A DNA stretch of 64,000 nt from Gekko japonicus (taxonomy: Eukaryota): assembly GCF_001447785.1 (NCBI RefSeq), contig NW_015170317.1, forward strand, positions 385,884-449,883, given 5' to 3'. Position 1 is the first letter of the stretch. Each line of letters begins with the position of its first letter. The notes beneath the pieces were generated by a model, which had not been told where the DNA came from, made no database searches, and was given only the letters and a program-made list of their open reading frames with translations. This document shows positions 53,310-64,000 of this stretch, in pieces. The position numbers were made by a program, and so were the translations under genes.

Positions 53310-54980
53310 TGTAATACGAATCAGCAGCCCTCGGCCCCTGTGGCCGTTAGGCTGATGGGATGACTTTGCCACCCAGATGAAAGGGGCAGGCAGTTGGTTC
53401 AGGTGTCAACGCACCCATACGGGTATTTCAGAAGGGAGGGGCTGAGGAGTATAAAGGCCGGCCCCTCCTTTCCTCTTCAGCAGTCCCAGTTAGTCGTCAA
53501 TGCAAGGAGCTCATCGGCGAGGCTGTGACTTTGGGGCCTACCTGCCCATCGGACCTCCCGCTGGGGAGCTTCTCAGTGGGTCAGCACTTGAGTCCTTGCT
53601 GGGCTTGAGGTGAAGGGCCAGGGTGAGACGGCGTTGCGGCGGCATGAATGGAGCAGCAACGGGACCATTGGGATGGTAGCGGAGCATCCGGGATAGCGGC
53701 GCGGTAGCAGCGAGTGACGGCGAGGAGTGGCTGGTGGCTCGGAGGCATTGGAGTGGCTTGAGGCGGCACCTGTTGAGGGTGGTCCACCTTGCAATAGCGG
53801 GTTTGCGGGTCTGTTGGCCCAATGCGGCTAAATAGGGACCGGCATTTGATGGCCCTGCTTGTTGGCTTGGGGGGTGCTTGGTATCCCGAGGTATTGGGCC
53901 CTAAGCCAGGGAGCTGTGGGGAGGTCCGGCCCCAGTCCTCGTTTGGGGGCCAGCAGGAGCCGTGGTTAGCCAGTGGGTTTCTGAGCCCTACTGGGTGCCC
54001 AACCCTGAATTTCCTGCTTTAGACACACACCCCTCCTGCCCCTGAAGGGATTCTGTGGTGCCTCATGGCTGGGGCACCTTTGGGCATCAGCTTGTTGCCT
54101 TTGGGGGCCTTACCCAGTGCTTGGCCACCACCCCCTCCTTTTGAGCGGCCATTTGGGAGGGGTAGGGACCCATTTTTGAGTGGCACATGGAGCAGCCATT
54201 TTGTTTCCTGGTAATAGTTGGCCATTTTGTATGACCTAGTTGGCTCACTTTCACTTTCGCTTTTGAGTGTCCAGGCTTGAGGAGAGTTGGAGTAGCTGCT
54301 CCTTGGGGACTTGTAGACACCTGGACGCTATGGCTCCTAAAAAAGGTACAGGTCGGTCAAAAAGTAAGCAGCCTGCCTCTACACCACCACCTAAGCGTCC
54401 GGCTCTGGCACCTTCTTCATCAGACGACAAGGCAGATGGGGTCCAGCAGGCTATTTTGGACCGTTTGCAGGCAGTGGAGGCAGCAGCTAAGTGCTGCACA
54501 CACAACACAGGATGTGCTTGTCCATGGGGCCGCCCGGCACATGAGGGTATGGCACCTGTTACCCTGAGCACATTGGCATGTGGTCCTGGCTGTACCCATA
54601 CTGGTAGCTCTCAATTAGTTTGCAACCCAACATCACCGCAGGGCACCAGTCCTGCTACCCCTTGGTGGGGGGGGCTTCACCCTGCGGTGTATCATATTCT
54701 GAGGCCCGGGTTATCACCCTCCCTTTTGATGATTTGGCCCTCCTGCTGGGCGACCATTTGCTCCATGCTACCAGGGACAGGGTTTGTAGGGGGGAATATG
54801 TAGATGTTTTTTAGCCTCTTGTACTGTGAGCTCGAGAAGAAGGAGAAGGAAGATCTCGAGGACTGAGTTAAAGAAAAGTATAAGAGGATGAAAGCTGATA
54901 AATCCTGGGCTAATTGGGTGGCAGGTTTCGTGGGATATGCAGGAGTGCTATCTAAGGCTCAGCCATGCAGGGCGGCACCC
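53310..54980 (+). mobile_element. DIRS/Ngaro-type tyrosine-recombinase retrotransposon: 5' repeat plus gag-like ORF1, truncated
   Basis: GC-rich 5' region with TATAAAGG ~53450; ORF start MAPKK..PPPKRP; later frameshifted LGDHL..TRDRVCRGEYVDVF SLL..ELEKKEKEDL..SWANW..GF..YAGV..AQP.RAAP, as in squamate Ngaro ORF1; no RT, RNase H or YR present. Confidence 0.75.
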
Positions 54981-55031
54981 ACTCACCCTAACATTGGCAA
55001 GTCAGCTGCACAAAAGAAGATGTATCTCAAC

Positions 55032-55400
55032 TAGGGATGGGCACAAACTGGCTTATGAGCCAACGTTTGGCACAAACATGGGCAGGTTTGGAACTCAGGA
55101 ACCAATGTTTGGGGAAGGCACCTTCACTGAGCATTTACCCAGTTTTTGAGTGGTTTGGTTTGGCTGTTTGAGGCCAGCCATTTAAACCTAACAGCAGAGC
55201 AGCATGGGGTCTGCTGCTCAGCTGCTATGTTTAAATGCTCAGTTGGCAAACATTTAACCCATGCGTCTTGCTCCCCTCTTTGAAGGGATGAAGCAAAACC
55301 AAAGAGTTAAGTGGCTCAAAGCCATTTAAACCTAACAGCTCAGCAGGTCTGCCCGTCAGCTGTTAAGCTTAAATGGCTGACAACCATCATTTTTGTTTCC
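55032..55400. mobile_element. MITE of the 15231 family, left part
   Basis: TAGGGATGGGCACAAACTGG terminus; internal GCCATTTAAAC/GTTTAAATG inverted motifs. Confidence 0.5.
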
Positions 55401-55734
55401 CCACTCCTTCCATGGTCAGTCCTTAAAACTGAGAGAAATAAGAAACAGGATACTCCCCTGCATGTCAATAATCTCAGGAACCATATGCCATTGGTTGAAT
55501 TGTGGAAAGCAGCAACTGGCTGGACAGAATACTGCCTGCCAGAATACTTTCATGGCAAGCATATGGGCTACAGCATCCTTTTTTAATGCATGCTAGGAAT
55601 CTGGACCAGCTGATGCCCCACAAAATAACCTGTAGGCAAAAACCCGATATTCAGGACAGATTCAGGACAGACATTAAAATACAACTTCTAGAGGTTTGTA
55701 TGTGAGAGAGCAGAGGTAACAAATTGTATATTTG

Positions 55735-55933
55735 TTTACAAACTCCTTTCCTTTCCCCTCCCCACAACAGACACCCTGTGAGGTAGGCGGGGTTGAGAGA
55801 ACTCTGACAGAAACTGCTCTTTTTCAAGAACAGCTGTGCCAGAACTATGGCTTGCCCAAGGTCAACCAGCAGGTGCAAGTGGAGGAGTGGGGAATCAAAC
55901 CCGGTTCTCCCACATTAGAGTTCGTGCACTTAA
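55735..55933 (-). mobile_element. Squam3-type SINE (tail missing)
   Basis: Aligns with 29029-29290. Confidence 0.85.
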
Positions 55934-56098
55934 CCACTACACTGAACTGGCTCTAGATGTCTGTACGCTGTTAGAAGATTGGGAAAATAAACTTGTTGTG
56001 AATATGCAGTAATGGCAAAACAAACATCCTATTTGAGAAACAGGTCAGTTACAAAGTCTGAAGCAAGATGGAGTGTGTATTTATGTGTACTATGCAAG

Positions 56099-56616
56099 AA
56101 CCCAGCGGTTCGAAAGGTAATTAAAAAAACCAAGTAGATAAATGGGTACCTGCCCTAGGTGGCAGGGGGCACCCACCTCCTGGTTCCGTGCCAGGAGTGT
56201 TGGCGGTGGCGGTGGCAACGGAGACGGCAGCGGCAGCAACAACAATGGCGGCGGAGTTCCTGGCGACCAGACCTGACAGAGGTGGAGTCACGGCGATGCG
56301 GGCGCAAGACGGCGCAGCACGGCAGGAGCCTGAAGGACGTACGCCGGAAGCTGCAGCCGGAAAGCAGTCACACACAGAAGAGGAAACATCGAGCCTCCGG
56401 AAGTGGTCGGCGGCTACCTGAAGACGCCAGCATAATACTCGTAGCCCACCGAAGAAGAGAGAATGCGCCGCCAAAGGGTGTCGGTAGGTTGTCCCCCCCC
56501 CCGAAATGTGTGGCCCTAGGTAGGTTAACTACTACTATACTAGTAGTACTTTGTAAACCGCTCTGAGACCCATTAGGGGTCATGGGCGGTATATAAATCC
56601 CATGTAAAAAAAAAAA
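56099..56616 (+). mobile_element. CpG-rich chimeric retroposon (Sauria-SINE-like front, unexplained middle, L2/Squam3-type tail, poly A)
   Basis: 56099-56192 aligns to 58835-58913 of the Sauria SINE; 56552-56600 TGTAAACCGCTCTGAG..GGGCGGTATATAAATCC; A11 at 56606-56616. Confidence 0.65.
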
Positions 56617-58708
56617 GACAAATTTAGAATGAGAAGCAGTTTAAAACATTATATACAAATGTATGCTATGTGTGCATGTTACTGAGATGTATGTTAATGA
56701 GACAGAAGTAGAATAAGTCCTGAGCCTGCTTTGGCAGTGAGGGCAGGGTATAAATTGAATAAAATAAATAAATATCTGTTTTAACATAAATGTGTGCAAG
56801 GAAGAGGACTTTGGGGAGAACATCTTTTCCTAATTTCCTTATTATGAGATATATATCTGCAAAAATTAACAATAAGTATGCAATTCATTGTAATAATGAA
56901 GAATCCAATTATGTAGTTGCAAAATAGACATAGTTATGAAGTTTGAAATTTAAGATGTTGAATATAAATGTACTCCAACAGAGGTAAGAACTGTTATATT
57001 TTACAGATAACAGCTTAAGAATGATAATGAAGGGGATGTTGGAGAGAAATATTTTGTTTCATACACTCTGTCAAATATGATTGTTCTTGATATGCATAAT
57101 TATGTTGTATAATCCCCTTTTTTCTTTTGTGTATCCTTTCCCTAGTACTATTATTCTGTTGTTGTTTTTAATTAAAAATAACCACCATTTGGGGCATATC
57201 TATGGGGAGGGGGGTCTTTCATTCCTCTTCCATGTTTTAGAACTCAATTACCTGAAAGCCAAAGGCTGAAGAAACAGTTTCAGTAAAATGAGATAACGTG
57301 GTGGTAGAAACACCCACACTGACACCACTTTTAATGTTTTGCATTACTCTTGCTATTTTTATTTTTTATTTCCCTCCCTCTTTACACAAATAGGGAGGGA
57401 ATTTACAAAAGCTAAACATTCTTCCAAGGTTAAGATAGGAACTGGCTGATTATAAAGGCCTGAAGCAGAAGGAAAGAAAGGTCTAGAGTAGATAACTCTT
57501 GAAAGAGATTTTTTTTTATCTGAGACTGTTTTCCTATATTCTGCCAGCCTGCCCCTTCACTCAGAGAGGATGGTTGAAAAATGGAAATTTGTTGTTTTTT
57601 TTTAAATGTAACTTTATCAAGCTTTAACTTTATCAGAATAAGTTTTGGACTGGAATGAAATTTGCTAGCACTTGCATGAATATTGAAAGGCAGAAAATAA
57701 ACCAGATCAATTCAAAAGAAAATAAACCTAGTTTAGAAATATCACTTTCAAACAAATTATGATACCACTTCAAACAGGGATTCTAATTCTCTGTTTCTTG
57801 ATGCATTCTTGAATAAGTAGGAGAGCCATGAAGCAGGTGCACTGTAAGGGGAAAAAACAAAAGCCTAAACTGAATAGGCAGCTATCTTTAAATCTGAGCT
57901 GATGGAAAAGGCAGCTATGCACTCTTAGTTATGTGAAGAGTATGTTGCTTCTGCAAAATAATGAACAGCAAGACAAAAAACTGCAGAGACATTTTCTATG
58001 CTGCTGCTAAAATCTACTCTTGGTGGAGGACTTTGCCAGCACTCTCCTACTGTGCTCTCCTGACTACTCCAAGCCCATCTGCAAAAGCTTTAAAATAACC
58101 AGCCAGCAATATTTTCCACTGCATGGCTTCAACCAAAGCAATCATCAGAAATAAGATTTCATCCAATTTACAATGCATCATCCTTTATCTATGGGAAAAA
58201 AGGGTTCCTGATTTTGTGCTGCCTGTTACTGCTGTTCTTTTCCTTACATATATATTCTGTATTTCTATTTTGATTTTGCAAAAAAAGGGAGCAGTTTGTG
58301 CAGTGGCTCCCATCTAATGGTTTCCAAGGTAACCAATATACAAGATCTATAGCAGAAAGGGGAGGCATATTTTTATACCAAATATACATGGATCTTTTAT
58401 ATCCATTGTTCTCAGTATTAAAATGCAGCAAAATGAATAGTTAGGTTACATATAGAATCGTTCAGAGCTAGCAATTTCTTACCTACAAATGTTCAGGAAG
58501 CTAGACCAGTCTTTCAAGTAGTTTAAGAATATCCTTTTTAGTAACCTGTGACAGAGAAGAAAAACCCTAATTAAAAAACAAAACAAAAAACATTTGTTGC
58601 CTGTAGGATCTGCTTACTTATCATAGATGATTATTGATAAACCTGAGTTATTTCACAGCCACAATACTCCAAGTATGTTTTTGTATTACTATATGACTAT
58701 TCTGTCTT

Positions 58709-59054
58709 GGAGCTGTGGTGGCTCAAGTGGTTAAGACGCTGAACTGCAGGCTGTGGAAGGTCAGTAGTTCAGCAGTTCGAGACCCGGGTGCTGCATGATG
58801 GAGTGAGCTCTCGTCTCTAGTTCCAGCTCCTGCCAACCTAGTAGTTCGAAAGCAAGAAATTGTAAGTAGATAAATAGGTACCACTTCGGTGGGAAGGTAA
58901 CAGCGTTCCGTGCACCTTGGTGTTTAGTCATGCCGGCCACATGACCACAGAAACGTCTTCGGACAGCGCTGGCTCTTCGGCTTTGAAACGGAGATGAGCA
59001 CCGCAACCCTAGAGTCGGATTCGACTGGCTTTCGAGCAAGGGAACCTTTACCTT
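58709..59054 (+). mobile_element. Sauria SINE (Squam1), full length
   Basis: A box TGGCTCAAGTGG, B box GTTCGAGACC, tail ACCTTTACCTTT, TSD TATTCTGTCTT. Confidence 0.92.
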
Positions 59055-60418
59055 TATTCTGTCTTATTGTGATTAATTTTCCTATCATTAAAAAGGATAA
59101 CTATCTCTTTTCCTGAACATCGTTAACACTACCATCTTAAACAAAGCCCATTGACTTTAATGGATTTAGAAGGGTGTAATGCTGCTCAGGATGGGGCTGT
59201 GAGGTGTTTTCCACACAAGGACAGGCCTGTGTAGTTTGCTTGTTGCTTCTGTAGCTACTAATACAGTGAAGTAGCAATGAGGCTTCCATGTGGCAGGTTT
59301 CCCCATAGTTTTCCTTCCTAGTCCCCTGACAGCAGCCATTCCCCCTCCCTCAGGAGCTCTTTCAGGGTTTTTGCTTTTGTTTTAATTGGCAATTGAATAT
59401 CATTATAGTAATATATCTGGATTTTTATATAGCACTGTATCTGGATTCCCCGATTTATCTAATTAAAAGTATCTATCCCCTTTTCATTGCAAAGATATGC
59501 ATTTCCCCTTCTATCTCTGTAACAAAGGGGGTAAATAAATATGGGACTCCAGAGAACCTGATACACAGATTGTGGTATCATTATAATGATCTGGTCTTTT
59601 CCACAATAAATAGTTCATTCATTAAAATTATATATAATTGCCAGGTTTTGTTGTTGCTGTTGTTTTTCATTAGCCCCCAGCAGCAGTGGAGGAAATGGCT
59701 GTTGTGGGAACCAGGGAAGGGAAAATACTGTGTGCGCAACTGGGAAAATCCAAACTTCCCTACCCATGGCCCTTTTAAGACAGCCTATCTATTCTGTTTC
59801 AGGAACTGGTTACTAACAGATTTCTTCTGTCATTTCAGACAGACCTGTTTTAGTAACCGGCTGCTAACAGAATACATTTACCTGTTCAGACAATGCGGTT
59901 GTCTCCCATTTAGGAAGCATGCCTGAGGCATTGTTGATGCAAACTGCTTTCCTCCCATCTTCAATCCCTTCTTTCAGATCTGAATTAGTATGGTGGGCTG
60001 TGTAAAATGCCACATAGTGCTTCCTCCAGCGATCGGTTTTTCACAGCCTTTTTTGCCCTGTGCACACAATCTTTTCTTTTCTTTTTTTTATTTTGGAACA
60101 TTCTTTTGAAAGCACTATGATGCTGAAACAGGATGTCAAATTAGTGTAATAGTGCCACCATTGGGATGCCTAGACTTCACTGAGATACAGGGGCCTCAGT
60201 GGGGTACGGTGTCATAGCGTCCTCCTTCCAAAGCATCTACTTTCTGCCAGGGAACTATCTGTATCTAGGAGATGAGCTGTAAATTCAGGGTATCCCCAGG
60301 TCCCACGTGGAAGCTGGTGCCCCTACTTCAGGGAGACTTGGCCAAAGCTGAGTACCTGGTGCCTGTTTGCAAGGCTGGAGGGAGGACTCTGTACCCCATG
60401 GACGTCCCTGTATCTCCA

Positions 60419-60487
60419 TGGATGGACGGACGGACGGACGGACGGACGGAAGGAAGGAAGGAAGGAAGGAAGGAAGGAAGGAAGGAA
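60419..60487. repeat. Compound microsatellite (GGAT)(GGAC)n(GGAA)n within a foldback repeat
   Basis: Directly visible; flanked by inverted arms 60125-60173 / 60493-60542. Confidence 0.9.
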
Positions 60488-60882
60488 TGGACTCTAGGCA
60501 TCCCAATGGTGGCACTATTGTGCTGAATTGGCATCCTGTTTCAGTTTTTTAAAAAACCCTCTCAGGATAATTGTGCATGCAGCAAAAAGGGGAAGGAAAC
60601 CAGAGCCGCGCAGTTTGAAATGACACAGCACTTCAGAGACAGCTCCTTACCGGAAGGAAAATTGTTGGCTGAGGTCAGAGTGGCAGTTGAAGTGCGAGGG
60701 AGTCATGGCAAAAAGATCCGGTACAAACTGTTCCGGGCTTTCCTGGTCACACTTCGCCGACTGATGTGGGAGCATACCAGGGAGGAGGCACAAGGGAGCG
60801 TTAGCACTGTTGGCTCACCCCTGGCAGAGGCACGGCTGTAAGGCGCAGCTTTCTTTTTGGTAATCCAGAGATATGCACATAT

Positions 60883-61241
60883 TTTTTCCCCAAACAATTT
60901 TTATTCTTTTTCAAAAGGAATACAGAATTCAACATTATAATACACAAATATAGGTTGCTTCACTTAGAGAAAAAAAAGAATACTATAACATTTCTATCAT
61001 ATAACAACTTACATTCTTTCGGAATACAGAATACAGAGTGATAAACTTATAACTTGTCAACTGTAAATCATTATTTTATATCTAGCTTTATTGATGCTTT
61101 CCCAATTAAAGTTCTCAAAGGTTATTTTTTCTATCATGGGGAACCATTTTCCTAAGGGATTATATATTTCACATTCATTCTGGTCATTTGAGTTATATAT
61201 AGATATCATTTCAAGCAAGAAAAAGTCCCATATCTTGTGAA
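60883..61241 (-). mobile_element. Probable L1-clade 3' fragment
   Basis: T-rich start with TTTATT (AATAAA on the minus strand); minus-strand KIWD....KW.P pattern like L1 ORF2 ends. Confidence 0.45.
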
Positions 61242-61260
61242 ACTTCAGAGACAGCTCCTT

Positions 61261-61612
61261 AAAGGTAAAGGTAAAGGGTCCCTTGCTCGAAAGCCAGTCG
61301 AATCCGACTCTACGGTTGCGGTGCTCATCTCCGTTTCAAAGCCAAAGAGCCAGCGCTGTTCGAAGACATTTCCGTGGTCATGTGGCCGGCATGACTACAC
61401 ACTAAGGCGCACGGAACACTGTTACCTTCCCACTGAAGTGATACCTATTTATCTATTGCAATTTCTTGCTTTCAAACTGCTAGGTTGGCAGGAGCTGGAA
61501 CTAGAGACAGGAGCTCACTCCATCATGCGGCACACTCAGGTCTCGAACTGCAAAACTACCGACCTTCCACAGCTTGCAGTTCAGCGTCTTAACCACTTGA
61601 GCCACCGCAGCT
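61261..61612 (-). mobile_element. Sauria SINE (Squam1), full length
   Basis: Aligns with the 23938 and 58709 copies; (AAAGGT)n on the plus strand; CAGCTCCTTA repeated at both ends. Confidence 0.92.
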
Positions 61613-61949
61613 CCTTACCAGAAAGAAAATTGTTGGCTGAGGTTGTGCGCATAAGCGCACAAGCAAATTGTGGTTTTCAGCGTTCACACTTTGTTGGTGC
61701 GGGATAAACACGGGATGAACGCACTCTCCAGGGTTTGCTACCACTTTCACCAGGTACATTTTAACCTCGGGAGGGAAGCACTACAAGACAGGCTGAGTCC
61801 AGCTGGGGAACGCCTGACAGATGTGCCTGTATGAACGGCCCCTTTAATCCGTTTGTGAAACGTTTCTGGCATGTGCCTATCTTGGGGCAAACTGCCAGTT
61901 TGAACTCAGCCGTTGTGTGAAACACCTGTCCATGTACTGGTTTACTCTA

Positions 61950-62590
61950 TGATGGACCAATAATGAAAACCATCCATGGTGTGGATCGAAGTGGCCAGAT
62001 TGACCATGTCAAGGGGGTAAGCCATCTTCTGGACTATCTAATGTGCATTAACTTGCTTCTCTGGCAGTCATGTTGAATCCGGTATAAATCCTAAGTACTT
62101 GACTTAGGTCAAGAGCAAAGGTCAGCTGGACCCCATCAAAGGTGGGAAGCAGAATGTTCTTCAAGATCTCTGCATAACCAGCATCACCTTTGTCTTATCA
62201 GGATTTAGTTTCAATTTATTCACTCTTATTGGAAGTGGTTCAGGACCTCTACCACATCACAAGGGGGGGTGGATAAGGAGATACAGAGCTGGGTGTGTCT
62301 TCAGTATGCTGACGACAGCCAACGCCCAAGCTACAACTGTTTTATCCTAAAGGTCTTACATAAAGGTTGAATAGAATGAGGGATTGGACCATACCCTGTG
62401 AAATTCCACAGGACAGGTCTCACATTGGTAACAACTGGTCTTCAACAGCTACCTTTTGAGTCCTGTCAGTGAGGAATGATTTGAACCAGTACAAAGAACA
62501 TCCCCTGCTACCTATTTCTGTCTCCAAACATCTCAATAAGATGGCATGGTCAATGATACACAAGACTACAGATAAGTCCAGTAGGAGCAA
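61950..62590 (-). mobile_element. L2 LINE RT fragment
   Basis: Minus strand LLLLDLS..IDHAILL..WFKSFLTDRTQKV..GISQG..LFNLYV..TQLCIS. Confidence 0.75.
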
Positions 62591-64000
62591 CTAAGAGATT
62601 TCAAAGTAGTGGATGGATAACTGTCTGAGTAAGCAAGGGAAGGTGCCCTGAATTAGTGATTGATTTATGATGGAAACCAAGGGCTGATAGATGCGGCCCT
62701 TACATTATTTTAGCAGCCTGGATGGGTAATGATCCAGGGGACAAGTTGTGGTCTTCACAGATCCCAGGATGTTGTCATCATCTCTCATGGTAAATGGGCC
62801 AAAATGGTCTATAAACGGACCAGAAGTTGTATTATACATTACTTCTGGCTTTTTGTTACAACCAACATCAAGATCAGCATGTATTTGAAATATGTTATCA
62901 ACAACCCCCCAACCCTTTGCAAAAGTACAACAAGTAATTGTTATTGTAACAGCATTTGTGTCTACTGTATGCCCCCCCCTTTCCCTGTGATCTAGGGTCC
63001 CCAGGTTTCCTTTTCTGGTAGGAAACCTCCCACAAGCAGCCCTGCTGCCCATTGCTGCTCTGTTGGCCAGCAGGAGAAAAATGAAGAAAAGGTTGCCTTT
63101 GTTGCAACGGCATTACATAACCTCTGGGAAAAATCAAGAAGTGACATCATGCTTGTATAGGAACTGCCAGAAATTCTATAGGCTGGCAACCCAACAGGGT
63201 CACCATTTTGTCAAACTGCCACTTTTGAGCACATCAGCACCCCCTCTCTTTGTGATCCTTTCCTGTGGGGAGATGCTCTTCACTGCCTTTTCAAGTGGCT
63301 ATTCAGAGAACAACATTGATCAAGGCTGAGAAAGGTGAATAGGCCACAATAGGGAATTCCAACAGAGAAAGGAAGGAAAATGAACAAAACGAAGAAGAAT
63401 GGCACAGAGCGTAAGAAATGCTCTTTGCAAGTCAGGGCCTGGCAGGAGAAAGCCAAGTCTTCCTTTCAACCACTCTGCTCCTTTCTATTGATGGAATGGA
63501 ACCTGAATGAGAACTTATACTGCAGAGGACAGAGTTTTGTCATGACTTATGCAGCATAGGAATAATAAGCCCTCAGAGTGTGCCATTTTTTTTTCATGTG
63601 GAAGAACCACAACTGTAAGTTGCTGCCAGCTCTTGGTTAGGCCTGTAGACCCAAGTGCTAATTCTACATCCATTTTGGTGCATGACTGGTAGCTGGTGTT
63701 GGCTGATTCCTTCAGGGAACCTTAGTTAAAGCACACAATAGAATTAATTTTAGCAGGTGGGGGTGCATTTTATCCATTCCTTCACTCTGCTTGGGACAAG
63801 AATGATTTTTTCCCTCCAGTCTTCCTTGCTTGCCTCTATTAACTTTGAACAAGCTGAAACCATTTGTTTAATAGCCTGGGGATGCCTACCATGCTACAGT
63901 TTGACAACCACTGCCATAGGGGACCAGATTCTGCGTAGGCTGTAGCAGAGACAAAGCTTGGATCACTTTTGACTTCACTTCAATTGCAAAGTAGGGAGAA

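Larger units (their letters stand above)
60667..61911. mobile_element. Harbinger MITE (sister of 24680) carrying nested inserts
   Basis: TIRs GGCTGAG.TCAGA.TGGCAGTT / AACTGCCAGTTTGAACTCAGCC; 3-bp TSD GTT; colinear with the 24680 copy apart from ~60883-61643. Confidence 0.85.

Noticed and set aside
56121-56566. Ala/Gln/Arg-rich ORFs suggesting a first coding exon in a CpG island
   Set aside because: They lie inside a poly(A)-tailed retroposon, and GC-rich triplet sequence yields open frames on both strands
58709-58790. tRNA gene
   Set aside because: The A and B boxes belong to the tRNA-derived head of a Sauria SINE, not to a cloverleaf-forming gene
1-64000. The many 60-180 aa ORFs as host genes
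   Set aside because: They either map to decayed LINE, SINE or DIRS sequence or are low-complexity or random frames; none resembles a cellular protein I recognise

Overview
Eukaryotic, repeat-rich, apparently non-coding DNA (gene desert or large intron) from a squamate reptile, most likely a gecko. The assignment rests on the co-occurrence of Sauria/Squam1 SINEs with (ACCTTT)n tails, Squam3-type SINEs, BovB (RTE) LINEs, CR1, L2, L1 and Penelope fragments, a DIRS/Ngaro element and many hAT and Harbinger MITEs with readable target-site duplications (TSDs). I recognise no host protein-coding exon, rRNA, tRNA gene or known miRNA. Every ORF with recognisable homology belongs to a decayed transposon. 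The most unusual observations are: (1) a CpG-rich chimeric retroposon at 56.1-56.6 kb with a Sauria-SINE-like front end and an L2/Squam3-type tail; (2) several recent local rearrangements, namely 318-bp direct repeats around a 61-bp CpG-rich insert, a 349-bp tandem duplication, and two inverted duplications lying exactly where a BovB and a Ngaro element are cut off; (3) hammerhead-ribozyme cores in Penelope remnants; (4) an apparently TE-free 31.7-33.6 kb island with minus-strand splice signals, a spliced 89-aa ORF and two hairpins. Family names come from recognition by eye, not a database search. Boundaries without a TSD are approximate. I cannot claim a new biological system from this window alone.
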